Source: a virus
DNA: 64,000 nucleotides
Direction: 5' to 3' (one strand)
IMG/VR virus record: IMGVR_UViG_3300045988_174992
Below, piece by piece: positions 44,321 through 52,224 of this stretch (position 1 is its first letter; each line of letters opens with the position of its first letter). A program made the translations under genes and the position numbers. Under the pieces are notes generated by a model that saw only the letters and a list, made by a program, of their open reading frames with translations, was not told the origin of the DNA and did not search any database.

Positions 44321-44359
44321 AAAGAGAACTTTCAATTGAAGGTTCTCTTTTTTGTTTTT
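44321..44359. terminator. bidirectional rho-independent terminator
   Basis: AGAGAAC...GTTCTCT stem, flanked by A-rich sequence on one side and T-rich (TTTTTTGTTTTT) on the other. Confidence 0.75.
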
Positions 44360-44376
44360 CATAGCTTAAACTTAAA

Positions 44377-44470
44377 TTGTGTCAGGGACGTTGAAATTGT
44401 CTTAGCTGATAGAATATACTGAAGCATATTTTTCCGCTCCCTGTGTGACCCAGGCGCCATCCTGGAGAAT
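44377..44470 (-). repeat. GC-rich structured intergenic element, copy 2 of 3 (degenerate distal arm)
   Basis: Starts directly after the TAA of gene 44471-44845. The core TCCGCTCCCTGTGTGACCCAGGCGC lies at 44433-44457. The small hairpin is CCAGG/CCTGG (44450-44465). Confidence 0.65.
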
Positions 44471-44845
44471 TTATAGACAATCTCGTAAATCATTAAAGAA
44501 TTCTGTAACAAAAATACCTGCATCATCAAGATCATCCTTAAAAGAATATATGATAGAACGATTTGTCAATGCTGGATCATGTGAAACTAGATAAATAGGA
44601 CATTCCTTAATAGGATACATTTCTACTGTTCCATCTGTAAAACATACACCATAGATTCTTTCTGACTTATCACCTAACAAATTATATAGCTTTTGCAAAT
44701 CTTCTGGTGTAGTTATCTCAAAAATATCCTTTAGCAAATCAATCTTGATAGTAGTATTACGACTATGATAACCTGTACCATACCATAAAATTGCTTGCAA
44801 TACCAATTCTAGATTGAACTTATCTAATTCTGTACAATTCTTCAT
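44471..44845 (-). CDS. hypothetical protein (124 aa)
   Basis: ORF in the gene train. Confidence 0.55.
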   Translation of the reverse strand: MKNCTELDKFNLELVLQAILWYGTGYHSRNTTIKIDLLKDIFEITTPEDLQKLYNLLGDKSERIYGVCFTDGTVEMYPIKECPIYLVSHDPALTNRSIIYSFKDDLDDAGIFVTEFFNDLRDCL

Positions 44846-44865
44846 GTTCTATTTTTTAATTTACT

Positions 44866-45117
44866 TTATACAAAATAAAAATCTCTATATGTTACATCAT
44901 AAGTATTTCCATCTACCTTCAAATAGAATGACATTGAACCATCATTTACATAATCTGTATAGGTTTCACATCCTTCTAAAATACCAGTAACATCATTAGT
45001 AATGAACTCCTTGCCATTCCACTCTTCATTTACTTTCTTTATAGTAACTGCACGTCCAATGTTTGGATTTACTGCATCAGTGAAAATTTTTTCTACATTT
45101 AAAATATTCATAATCAT
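44866..45117 (-). CDS. hypothetical protein (83 aa), paralog of 45205-45447
   Basis: Roughly half of the residues appear identical to the neighbouring gene (judged by eye): ...NPNIGRAVTIKKVNEEWNGKEFI...MSFYLKVDGNTYDVTYRDFYF. Confidence 0.6.
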   Translation of the reverse strand: MIMNILNVEKIFTDAVNPNIGRAVTIKKVNEEWNGKEFITNDVTGILEGCETYTDYVNDGSMSFYLKVDGNTYDVTYRDFYFV

Positions 45118-45150
45118 AAAAAATTAAAGTTCTACATTCATTAACATTAT

Positions 45151-45180
45151 GAATATAGAACTTTTATTATTTATTTCAAA
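45151..45180 (-). promoter_or_regulatory. Bacteroides-type -33/-7 promoter (phage promoter family)
   Basis: Minus strand reads TTTGAAATAAATAATAAAAGTTCTATATTC. Confidence 0.5.
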
Positions 45181-45204
45181 TTATTTTGAATATTTTTGAA
45201 TTTA

Positions 45205-45447
45205 TTATATAGGAAAATAGAAATCTCTATCTGTTACATCATAAATATCTCCATTTACCTTCAAGTAAAATGACATTGGCCCTTTACCAACATGATCTTT
45301 ATAGGTGTTGCATTCCTCTAAAATACCAGTAACATCTTCATTATGAATAAACTCTTTACCAAACCATCCTTCTTTTGCATTTTTAATTGTAACAGTATGA
45401 CCAATGTTTGGTTTTACTAAAATATTGAAAATTTCTGTTATATTCAT
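45205..45447 (-). CDS. hypothetical protein (80 aa), paralog of 44866-45117
   Basis: The ATG at 45447 (MNITEIFNILVKPNIGHTVTIKNAKEGWFGKEFI...) matches the paralog's N-terminus. The longer track ORF overlaps the upstream gene. Confidence 0.6.
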   Translation of the reverse strand: MNITEIFNILVKPNIGHTVTIKNAKEGWFGKEFIHNEDVTGILEECNTYKDHVGKGPMSFYLKVNGDIYDVTDRDFYFPI

Positions 45448-45457
45448 ATCAAAATCT

Positions 45458-46483
45458 TTAGAAAAAATTATATCCTTGAATTTCTTTATATTTGTAATGT
45501 TGTTCATCATCAGAAGCTTTATGGCCAATTTCATATAGAAATAAAGAATTTTTATCCATGGATTTCCATTTGTCAATATCAATATAGCCCAAAACTGATC
45601 CTATAAAGATTGATGGATCTTTAGTGTATTCAAGCATTTCATTTGTCCATATTGTTTCTACAATATTCATCAAATGATCTGACTTTATTTTCTTATGCAA
45701 TTCAAGATAATGTTCTTTTTCCTTCTCTCTTTCTCGATACTTCTTGACAGTAATAGTTACAAAATCATTGTAGTTCAATCTAGAATCACCAAACTTACTT
45801 AATTTATGACCATTATCAAATTCAACATCAACACACTTATACCAAGCATGTGGCAATCCTCCAATATAGTCAATATATTTTCTACCTTCATTGATATTGT
45901 AAGTGTTGATCAGATTTCCAAACACAATATCATCACAAATTGTTTGATAAGCAAAATAAATACCATTCTTTATGATAGCTTTATCATATACTTCCTTACT
46001 TGTAAGAATTCCATTTCCTCTTGGGTATATGCAAAGTGGATAAGGACAACAAGCTTCAGATAGAGAATACAAATCAGAACCATAAGTGATTTTTGGATCA
46101 GCATGATTCAATGTGAAATCATTCAAAACTCTGATATTTATATAAGTACTTGTATTAGTTCTGAATATCCAATCTGGAGAATACTTGTCTGCAATAAACC
46201 TATATGCCATCCAAGTTTTCTTAAATGTATATTGCATATCATCTTCACAGGCAAGATGCAAATACCAAACATTTTCATGATCTTTATATTGATTGAATTC
46301 AGATTTCATATATGATCCACCATCATAATACACAATATTAACATTCTCTGGGAGCTCTTTAGCCCAGGTCTCTAAAGCAAGGTCAAACTCATCTTGGAAA
46401 GTGAATCCTTTACAAATTTCAGCATTAGCTCCCATCACTAATATGAATAATTTAGGAGCATATTTTAATTGATTTTCTGTCAT
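45458..46483 (-). CDS. hypothetical protein (341 aa), possible GT-A (Fringe/GT31-like) glycosyltransferase
   Basis: The layout LFILVMGA...ETWAKE...ACEDDMQYTFKKTWMAYRFI...DWIFRTNTSTYINIRVL resembles Fringe-like transferases, but the second DDD motif is replaced by NTS. Confidence 0.3.
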   Translation of the reverse strand: MTENQLKYAPKLFILVMGANAEICKGFTFQDEFDLALETWAKELPENVNIVYYDGGSYMKSEFNQYKDHENVWYLHLACEDDMQYTFKKTWMAYRFIADKYSPDWIFRTNTSTYINIRVLNDFTLNHADPKITYGSDLYSLSEACCPYPLCIYPRGNGILTSKEVYDKAIIKNGIYFAYQTICDDIVFGNLINTYNINEGRKYIDYIGGLPHAWYKCVDVEFDNGHKLSKFGDSRLNYNDFVTITVKKYREREKEKEHYLELHKKIKSDHLMNIVETIWTNEMLEYTKDPSIFIGSVLGYIDIDKWKSMDKNSLFLYEIGHKASDDEQHYKYKEIQGYNFF

Positions 46484-46484
46484 A

Positions 46485-47168
46485 TTAAATATGATTTAGT
46501 TTTTCATCTTCTGCAGCATATTTTATTGCTAGTTTCTTAAACTTCTGAATATCTTCTTCTGTAAGTTTCTCATCTACATTGTGATTGTAGAAAAGATGAT
46601 TTCCCATCATTATCTTTGTATGCTTATGGCCCTTGATATCTCTTGTATAGAAATATCCATCTTCTTTCTTATCATAGAATTTCTTAGGATCCATGATAGC
46701 TTCTGCCGCCTCTATTGGGATAGGTAATGCACCACAACGTAATGCAAATGTTGCAGCTTTTGAAGAGAATTCACCCCATACATTTCTTTCCATTCTCTTG
46801 AAATCTTCTATCAATATCTTCTTCAGATATTCTGAATTTCCTTCTGATGCAGCTACTGCAACTAACTTTCTACCCCTATTCTTTGTTCTGTCATTCAAAT
46901 AAACATCTGAACCAGCATTAGGATGTCTCTTATCAGCATATAATGCAACAGCAACTATCTTACCTTCATTTCTGTATAACTTAGCAAAATCTGCTTTATT
47001 TACAATATCTTCTTTCTTCTCAATTCCAGAGCAACCACCAATATCTATATATCCATATTCTATAATTGCAAACATATCATCCCCATATTTATTAACCAAT
47101 TTAGATACTGATTCTTTATCTGTTCCTGTAATATAATGCTCTTCAATATACTGAGTTAATTTCTTCAT
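46485..47168 (-). CDS. hypothetical protein (227 aa)
   Basis: ORF. A weak GNAT-like pattern (RGRKLVAVAA...ATFALRCGALPI) is not sufficient for a call. Confidence 0.55.
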   Translation of the reverse strand: MKKLTQYIEEHYITGTDKESVSKLVNKYGDDMFAIIEYGYIDIGGCSGIEKKEDIVNKADFAKLYRNEGKIVAVALYADKRHPNAGSDVYLNDRTKNRGRKLVAVAASEGNSEYLKKILIEDFKRMERNVWGEFSSKAATFALRCGALPIPIEAAEAIMDPKKFYDKKEDGYFYTRDIKGHKHTKIMMGNHLFYNHNVDEKLTEEDIQKFKKLAIKYAAEDEKLNHI

Positions 47169-47809
47169 GGTATAACCATTGTATTTTTATAAAAATTGTT
47201 TGCTTTAGGAATAATTGTATTTATTAAATTATTATATGCTGGTAATATATATTTTGCCTTTTCATCATCATTTAACTGATGTTTACCATTAGGAACAATA
47301 TATTTAGTCAAAATATTTTTGTGAAACTCTGTAGGTAATACTTTTGTTCTCTTTATTACTTCATCATCATCACTCCATACCAATACAGAATAATATCCAT
47401 CTTCAGCATCATCCCACCGATAACCAGTCCAATATTCATCAGTTTCAAATAATGGATGATCTTCAGAATACTTTACAAGATTTTCTACAATATGACTATC
47501 ATGATTTGAAACATAATCCACAACCTGCTCTAATGTAGAATCAGTTATTGGGTTAATGAGAATGCTTGGTAATGAACAAATGCTTGCAACATGCATAGCA
47601 TACCACCCACCAAGACTTGATCCAATCACAATATCAATATCCAACTCTTCTACTAAAGAGCATAAATATGGAATAGAATTTTCTGGATCCGACTGAACAT
47701 ATCCAAAACTATATACAACCGTATTAGGTAGATTATTTTTCAACCATTTGCATGTACTAGATTTTGGTGAACTACCATAACCATAGATATATAATACTTT
47801 CTTTTTCAT
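47165..47809 (-). CDS. alpha/beta-hydrolase-fold esterase (YqiA-like)
   Basis: VLYIYGYGSSP at the N-terminus and the nucleophile elbow IGSSLGGWYA (GxSxG). Confidence 0.6.
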   Translation of the reverse strand: MKKKVLYIYGYGSSPKSSTCKWLKNNLPNTVVYSFGYVQSDPENSIPYLCSLVEELDIDIVIGSSLGGWYAMHVASICSLPSILINPITDSTLEQVVDYVSNHDSHIVENLVKYSEDHPLFETDEYWTGYRWDDAEDGYYSVLVWSDDDEVIKRTKVLPTEFHKNILTKYIVPNGKHQLNDDEKAKYILPAYNNLINTIIPKANNFYKNTMVIP

Positions 47810-47815
47810 ATTAAA

Positions 47816-48622
47816 TTAAAGTGACAATGAAGTGAATGGGTAAGGTTTGAATGATGTAACATATTCAATTTCTGTTGTTTTAAACACCTTATCAAGCATT
47901 CTGAAGTAAGGTACTCCAATTACTCTTGCACAAGCAGTTCTCTTATTGAACTTACCTTCAAATTTACCATCACAATATCCACCAATTCTTGACTTTCCAG
48001 TATCAACACACCAACATTTATTGTCTGCACCTAATCTAATCAATGAATAAGAACATTCAGCTTCTATCGTATTATTTACTTCATCAACATATAATGGCTG
48101 TACATAACACTCAGCTCTATGACATCTCTTTGGTTTATATCTGTCACCGTTCCAGTATCCATCGGGATAAGACCAAGTTGATGTATGTACTTTGAATATT
48201 CTTTTCTTATCTGCATCCCAATAGAATTCCCAGAATTGTTTTGGATTAATCCAATTGAATATCTTATCACTATCTTTATATTCATCAGTAACATCCGTCA
48301 AGACCATTTCATAAATCTTATCTATTGACTCCCAATGAACATCATCTTCTCTTGGATCATATTCACCTAATTCATTTAGTGAAATGATATGGTAAATTGG
48401 TTCAGGATCAGTAATGTTACAACCTTTCTTGAGAAATGGAGCAACTGCTGTAATAATGAATCTACCACTTCCACCTCCATACATAATAGAATTACACTCA
48501 TAGATATGGCCTACCTTCAAGAATTCTAATGGTTTCTGAAAATTCAAATAATTCTGATATTCTGTTTCAAGAATCTTATTTAACTTCGGTGAACTTTCTT
48601 TAATAAAAGACAAAAAATCCAT
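47816..48622 (-). CDS. hypothetical protein (268 aa)
   Basis: ORF behind the promoter motif at 48668-48697. Confidence 0.6.
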   Translation of the reverse strand: MDFLSFIKESSPKLNKILETEYQNYLNFQKPLEFLKVGHIYECNSIMYGGGSGRFIITAVAPFLKKGCNITDPEPIYHIISLNELGEYDPREDDVHWESIDKIYEMVLTDVTDEYKDSDKIFNWINPKQFWEFYWDADKKRIFKVHTSTWSYPDGYWNGDRYKPKRCHRAECYVQPLYVDEVNNTIEAECSYSLIRLGADNKCWCVDTGKSRIGGYCDGKFEGKFNKRTACARVIGVPYFRMLDKVFKTTEIEYVTSFKPYPFTSLSL

Positions 48623-48667
48623 ATTTATTCTGTTTTTAAATTCAACTTATGAAATAATTTACAAAAT

Positions 48668-48697
48668 AAATATAGATTTTTTATATGAAATTTCAAA
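48668..48697 (-). promoter_or_regulatory. Bacteroides-type -33/-7 promoter (phage promoter family)
   Basis: Minus strand reads TTTGAAATTTCATATAAAAAATCTATATTT. Confidence 0.5.
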
Positions 48698-48700
48698 CTT

Positions 48701-49053
48701 TCAAGCTATTTCTTTAGCAAAAGCTATAGCCATCTTCTTACAATCATCTAATGTTTTTGCTTCTAATGGACCATTCTCTTGCTTTAGTGTTTCATATCCA
48801 ACTTTACCAGGACCAGATTTAACCCCAATCTTAAATCCATATATAGCTCGATGGCTCCATCCATACCAAGCTTGTTCCTTTTCAGAAAATCCAATTTGAT
48901 TTACCTTAGAACTTGGACTTATCTTTTCTGGTACAATACCATGCTTATTGAAAACTTCTGCAATGGAGATTGTTCATCCCCTTCAACTACAATATCATTA
49001 AATATCATAGTTGCCTTCATTTCATTTAATTTTACAAGTGTTGTAAGTTTCAT
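48701..49053 (-). pseudogene. frameshift-interrupted small gene
   Basis: From ATG 49053: MKLTTLVKLNEMKATMIFNDIVVEGDEQSP..., which stops after ~44 codons. The -1 frame continues IAEVFNKHGIVPEKISPSSKVNQIGFSEKEQAWYGWSHRAIYGFKIG...AKEIA to TGA 48703-48701, with no start codon of its own. Confidence 0.45.
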
Positions 49054-49060
49054 GAATATT

Positions 49061-50941
49061 TTAGCTATAGAATTTGAATCTCTTTTGTGTTTCCAACGGG
49101 ATTGAAGACTTCATCTGATAAAACCAAAAGTTAAAACTACCATCCAATATATACGTCTGACACCAATCACCATCATATCTTACACCTCTACCAATACTTT
49201 GAATAATAGTTCGTAATGTTTCATTTTGATACCATCCATCATATAAGTCCTTCTTACGTTGAACTAGTCTGGATCCAAGATATGGATATGGCATCTTAAT
49301 CATAATGATGAATCTGCATTCATCTCCTGGCAAATCAATACCTTCATTCAATGTTGGTCCAACTAATATTGTATCAGAATCAGTATTCTTATGGTAATCT
49401 ATCAAATCTCTCTTTTCTTTTGCATCATTGTACAAAAGCATTCTATCCTTCAAATCCTGTGGAGCTTCTTCATATATCTTCTTTGCAAGATCATAAGTCC
49501 AAGTCTGGATTATTCCTTTCTTATTCTTATATCTGTTACAAAGTTCATAAGTAGCAGATTGTACATGTGGGAAACTTTCATCTTTGAATTTCTGACTCAT
49601 TTTCCATCTTGAAAGAACATATATAGGACTGTTTGTAAAATCAAATAATGATGGAAGATTATCCTCTAATGGATCAACAATACCAAGATTTTCAGAAAAA
49701 CTATCCATATTTCCTATAGTGGCAGAAGTCATAACAATATGTTCTGGACCTTGCAACAAAAATGCTTGTGCAATATAATCTTCTTTTGCACATTGTAAGT
49801 CAATAGTCTTTTCCTTTTTCTTAGCAATCTTTCCTGTTTTATGATTGAAAATTTCTATAGTATGTTCATTTGGTGTTACAACAACATAATCCTTATTTTC
49901 TTCTACAGCAACAATATTGAAGTAATTTTTAAGCATAGTTTCATGCCTCTTTTGCCATTCACATTCTTCATATACTTCATATTCTGTACTTGAAACATAA
50001 CCTTTTCCTTTGATGTTTGCAGAAAGTTTTTCCATTATCTTATCTACAACACCATTAAACATGCTAATCTTATATGCATATTCTTTTATTCTATCAAGAA
50101 CAGTATTGTCATTACATTCATATATAGAATTGAACAGAGCCTCAAGATTATCCTTCAACTGATTATGTGAACAAGCAATATCTGTTGAAAGACTTGACAA
50201 TTCTTCTTGCCATTCATCAGCAAACATATCATTGTTCAAACTTATTGCATAATCATATATATGTAATAATTTAGAAAGATTTGTATCTCTTAATTGAGGA
50301 CAATATGAACCCTGAAGCAAATTAGGAATATTGTGACACTCATCACAAAATACAATAGGACGAACATACCAAGCATTTGGATTTACTTCTATATGCCCAG
50401 CTACTGCTCTAAAGTACATCTGATAAGTCATAATTGTTATATCAGATCGCATTGCTTGCTTTCTTGCCTTAATATAAGGACACCATCTTGCACAATCATA
50501 TCCACAATCATCAGCTAATTCTGGATTAATCAAAGTTTTCCAAGAAATCTTAGCTATCTTACATTCTCCTTTATTTACTTCTTTGTTGTTTTTCTGACAA
50601 ACATAATTTGCAGATCCTTTTATTCTTCCAATCTTATGCTTCAGCTTTTCATGTGAATCAATGAAATCATCATATTGTTTCCACAAAGAAAGATCTGAAC
50701 AAAGCAGAAAACTCTTCTTGTTGTAACATTCTGCAAGTACTAATGCAGATATTATTAAAATTATTGACTTACCAGTACCAGTAGGTGCTTGAACCAAATG
50801 GGTCTGGTGATTGCTTTTCTCTTCTATGCAATTACGTACTATCTTTGCAATAATTTCAAGTTGATTTTCTCTAAACTTAAAATCATTACCAAGTACTTCT
50901 TTTGCTATATTTTCTATATTATATTCTATCTCATTTATCAT
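49061..50941 (-). CDS. DinG/XPD(Rad3)-family Fe-S helicase
   Basis: Walker A in VQAPTGTGKS, DECH box in VFCDECHN, a Cys cluster (CQKNN...ECKI...CGYDCARWCPY), and C-terminal motifs TSATIGN, NEGIDLPGDE and QSIGRGVR. Confidence 0.8.
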   Translation of the reverse strand: MINEIEYNIENIAKEVLGNDFKFRENQLEIIAKIVRNCIEEKSNHQTHLVQAPTGTGKSIILIISALVLAECYNKKSFLLCSDLSLWKQYDDFIDSHEKLKHKIGRIKGSANYVCQKNNKEVNKGECKIAKISWKTLINPELADDCGYDCARWCPYIKARKQAMRSDITIMTYQMYFRAVAGHIEVNPNAWYVRPIVFCDECHNIPNLLQGSYCPQLRDTNLSKLLHIYDYAISLNNDMFADEWQEELSSLSTDIACSHNQLKDNLEALFNSIYECNDNTVLDRIKEYAYKISMFNGVVDKIMEKLSANIKGKGYVSSTEYEVYEECEWQKRHETMLKNYFNIVAVEENKDYVVVTPNEHTIEIFNHKTGKIAKKKEKTIDLQCAKEDYIAQAFLLQGPEHIVMTSATIGNMDSFSENLGIVDPLEDNLPSLFDFTNSPIYVLSRWKMSQKFKDESFPHVQSATYELCNRYKNKKGIIQTWTYDLAKKIYEEAPQDLKDRMLLYNDAKEKRDLIDYHKNTDSDTILVGPTLNEGIDLPGDECRFIIMIKMPYPYLGSRLVQRKKDLYDGWYQNETLRTIIQSIGRGVRYDGDWCQTYILDGSFNFWFYQMKSSIPLETQKRFKFYS

Positions 50942-50959
50942 GTTATTAAGATAGAAACA

Positions 50960-51574
50960 TTATCGATTCTTTTCAAACCAATCCATTGCATATTTTGCCA
51001 TTCCTTCACTGTCGCAAACATCGTCGATTTTTGGTAAATCAAAATCTGGAAATGAACCTTTGAATGTTGAAATCATCAATTGCTTATTTGCATTTCCAGA
51101 TCCTGTGTAAAACCTTTTTACTTCAGCAGGTGGTGTTACAAGAAGAGTACCAACAACAGTATGATGATGCAATCTGTCTCTTATCAGATAGTTCAATCCA
51201 GCAAGATCCATTACTGCAGCACTATGAATGGAACCATAAGATATTCCTTCCATACATATTGTTACTGAGTCAATAGTACTAGTTTTTCTGAATTGCTGTA
51301 ACAATTCTTCTATAATATTATATATTGTGTCTGCAATTGTTGACAAGTTGTGTGCTTTTGCTAGCTCACGTTCATGTGCATTATTTGTATCTTTTACATT
51401 TTCTTTTTGATATAAACAATATTCAAAAATTTCGGAATTATTTGATTGGGCATTCTTTTCTTTCTTTGTAAGCTTATCTCCTTTTATTATGAAAAATCTA
51501 CAGAAACCAGTATCAGTTCTTATTGTCATACCAGTACTGTTGATTGATGGATCAATTCCTATAAAAACATTCAT
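50960..51574 (-). CDS. RuvC-like Holliday junction resolvase
   Basis: VFIGIDPSINSTGM (first catalytic Asp), ICMEGISYG (Glu), and C-terminal DDVCDSEGMAKYA (Asp pair). Confidence 0.65.
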   Translation of the reverse strand: MNVFIGIDPSINSTGMTIRTDTGFCRFFIIKGDKLTKKEKNAQSNNSEIFEYCLYQKENVKDTNNAHERELAKAHNLSTIADTIYNIIEELLQQFRKTSTIDSVTICMEGISYGSIHSAAVMDLAGLNYLIRDRLHHHTVVGTLLVTPPAEVKRFYTGSGNANKQLMISTFKGSFPDFDLPKIDDVCDSEGMAKYAMDWFEKNR

Positions 51575-51613
51575 GAAATCAATTTACATATTTACTTATA
51601 AATAAAAATGTGC

Positions 51614-51644
51614 AAATATATAAATTGATTTCATGAATTTCAAA
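51614..51644 (-). promoter_or_regulatory. Bacteroides-type -33/-7 promoter (phage promoter family)
   Basis: Minus strand reads TTTGAAATTCATGAAATCAATTTATATATTT. Confidence 0.45.
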
Positions 51645-51665
51645 TTAAAAAATGTTAATTTAATT

Positions 51666-52037
51666 TTAGTCTTCAATTTTGAATGACCATTGCAACATAA
51701 ACCAAGAACTCTCTCGTTCTGCACGATACTTTGGCAATTTCATTCTCTTCATAATTACAGGGATAAGATGCTCTTCTCTCCATTTGTTATGCTGGATTGT
51801 AGTCCAAGTATGTTTCTGGAACCAATCTCTATCGGTTTTGCATTCAGTAAGTAACTGTTCTTCAGGTCTTGTATCTCCAATATATCTGAACATATCAATT
51901 ACTAAAGAATATACTAATGCTGGACTGTTTCTACCATTCAATGTACAAGATTCCCATCTATCTAATTTTCCATTCAACATTTCATCAAATGTAAACAAAC
52001 TTACATTTTCAAACTTCTTTCGATCCTCACGTTTCAT
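51666..52037 (-). CDS. hypothetical protein (123 aa)
   Basis: The minus-strand ORF has a normal protein composition and a promoter. The equally long antisense ORF 51679-52053 is S/L/F-rich. Confidence 0.6.
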   Translation of the reverse strand: MKREDRKKFENVSLFTFDEMLNGKLDRWESCTLNGRNSPALVYSLVIDMFRYIGDTRPEEQLLTECKTDRDWFQKHTWTTIQHNKWREEHLIPVIMKRMKLPKYRAERESSWFMLQWSFKIED

Positions 52038-52064
52038 ATTATTTCTTATTTAAATTGTTCATTT

Positions 52065-52096
52065 ATATGATAGAAATTAGTTTAGAAAATTTCAAA
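52065..52096 (-). promoter_or_regulatory. Bacteroides-type -33/-7 promoter (phage promoter family)
   Basis: Minus strand reads TTTTGAAATTTTCTAAACTAATTTCTATCATAT. Confidence 0.45.
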
Positions 52097-52105
52097 AAAT
52101 ATAAT

Positions 52106-52224
52106 AAAAGTCACACAGGGACGTTTACAATATAGCAGGTTATAAATTATACTTGTAAACAACTATCCGCTCCCTGTGTGACCCAGGCGCTTAACAGGAG
52201 AACCCTGTGTATACCTAGTGAATA
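52106..52224 (-). repeat. GC-rich structured intergenic element, copy 3 of 3 (best-formed)
   Basis: Starts directly after the TGA of gene 52225-53079. It has an outer 12-bp stem (52110-52121 with 52171-52182), an inner 8-bp stem GTTTACAA/TTGTAAAC (52123-52130 with 52153-52160), an extra hairpin ACAGG/CCTGT (52194-52208), and a U-run on the minus strand. Confidence 0.7.

Noticed and set aside
45181-45210. A plus-strand TTTGAAT...TATATAGG string resembles the promoter family in the opposite orientation.
   Set aside because: The spacing is shorter (about 17 nt) and the boxes are weaker. It would transcribe only antisense to 45205-45447. It was kept out of the promoter list.
48851-49105. A plus-strand 84-aa ORF lies in the gap upstream of the helicase gene's 3' end.
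   Set aside because: It is antisense to a clearly protein-like, though frameshifted, minus-strand reading, and it overlaps the helicase stop region.
51679-52053. A plus-strand 124-aa ORF mirrors the minus-strand 123-aa ORF.
   Set aside because: The minus-strand reading has a normal protein composition, a family promoter (52065-52096) and fits the gene train. The plus-strand product is S/L/F/N-rich low-complexity sequence.
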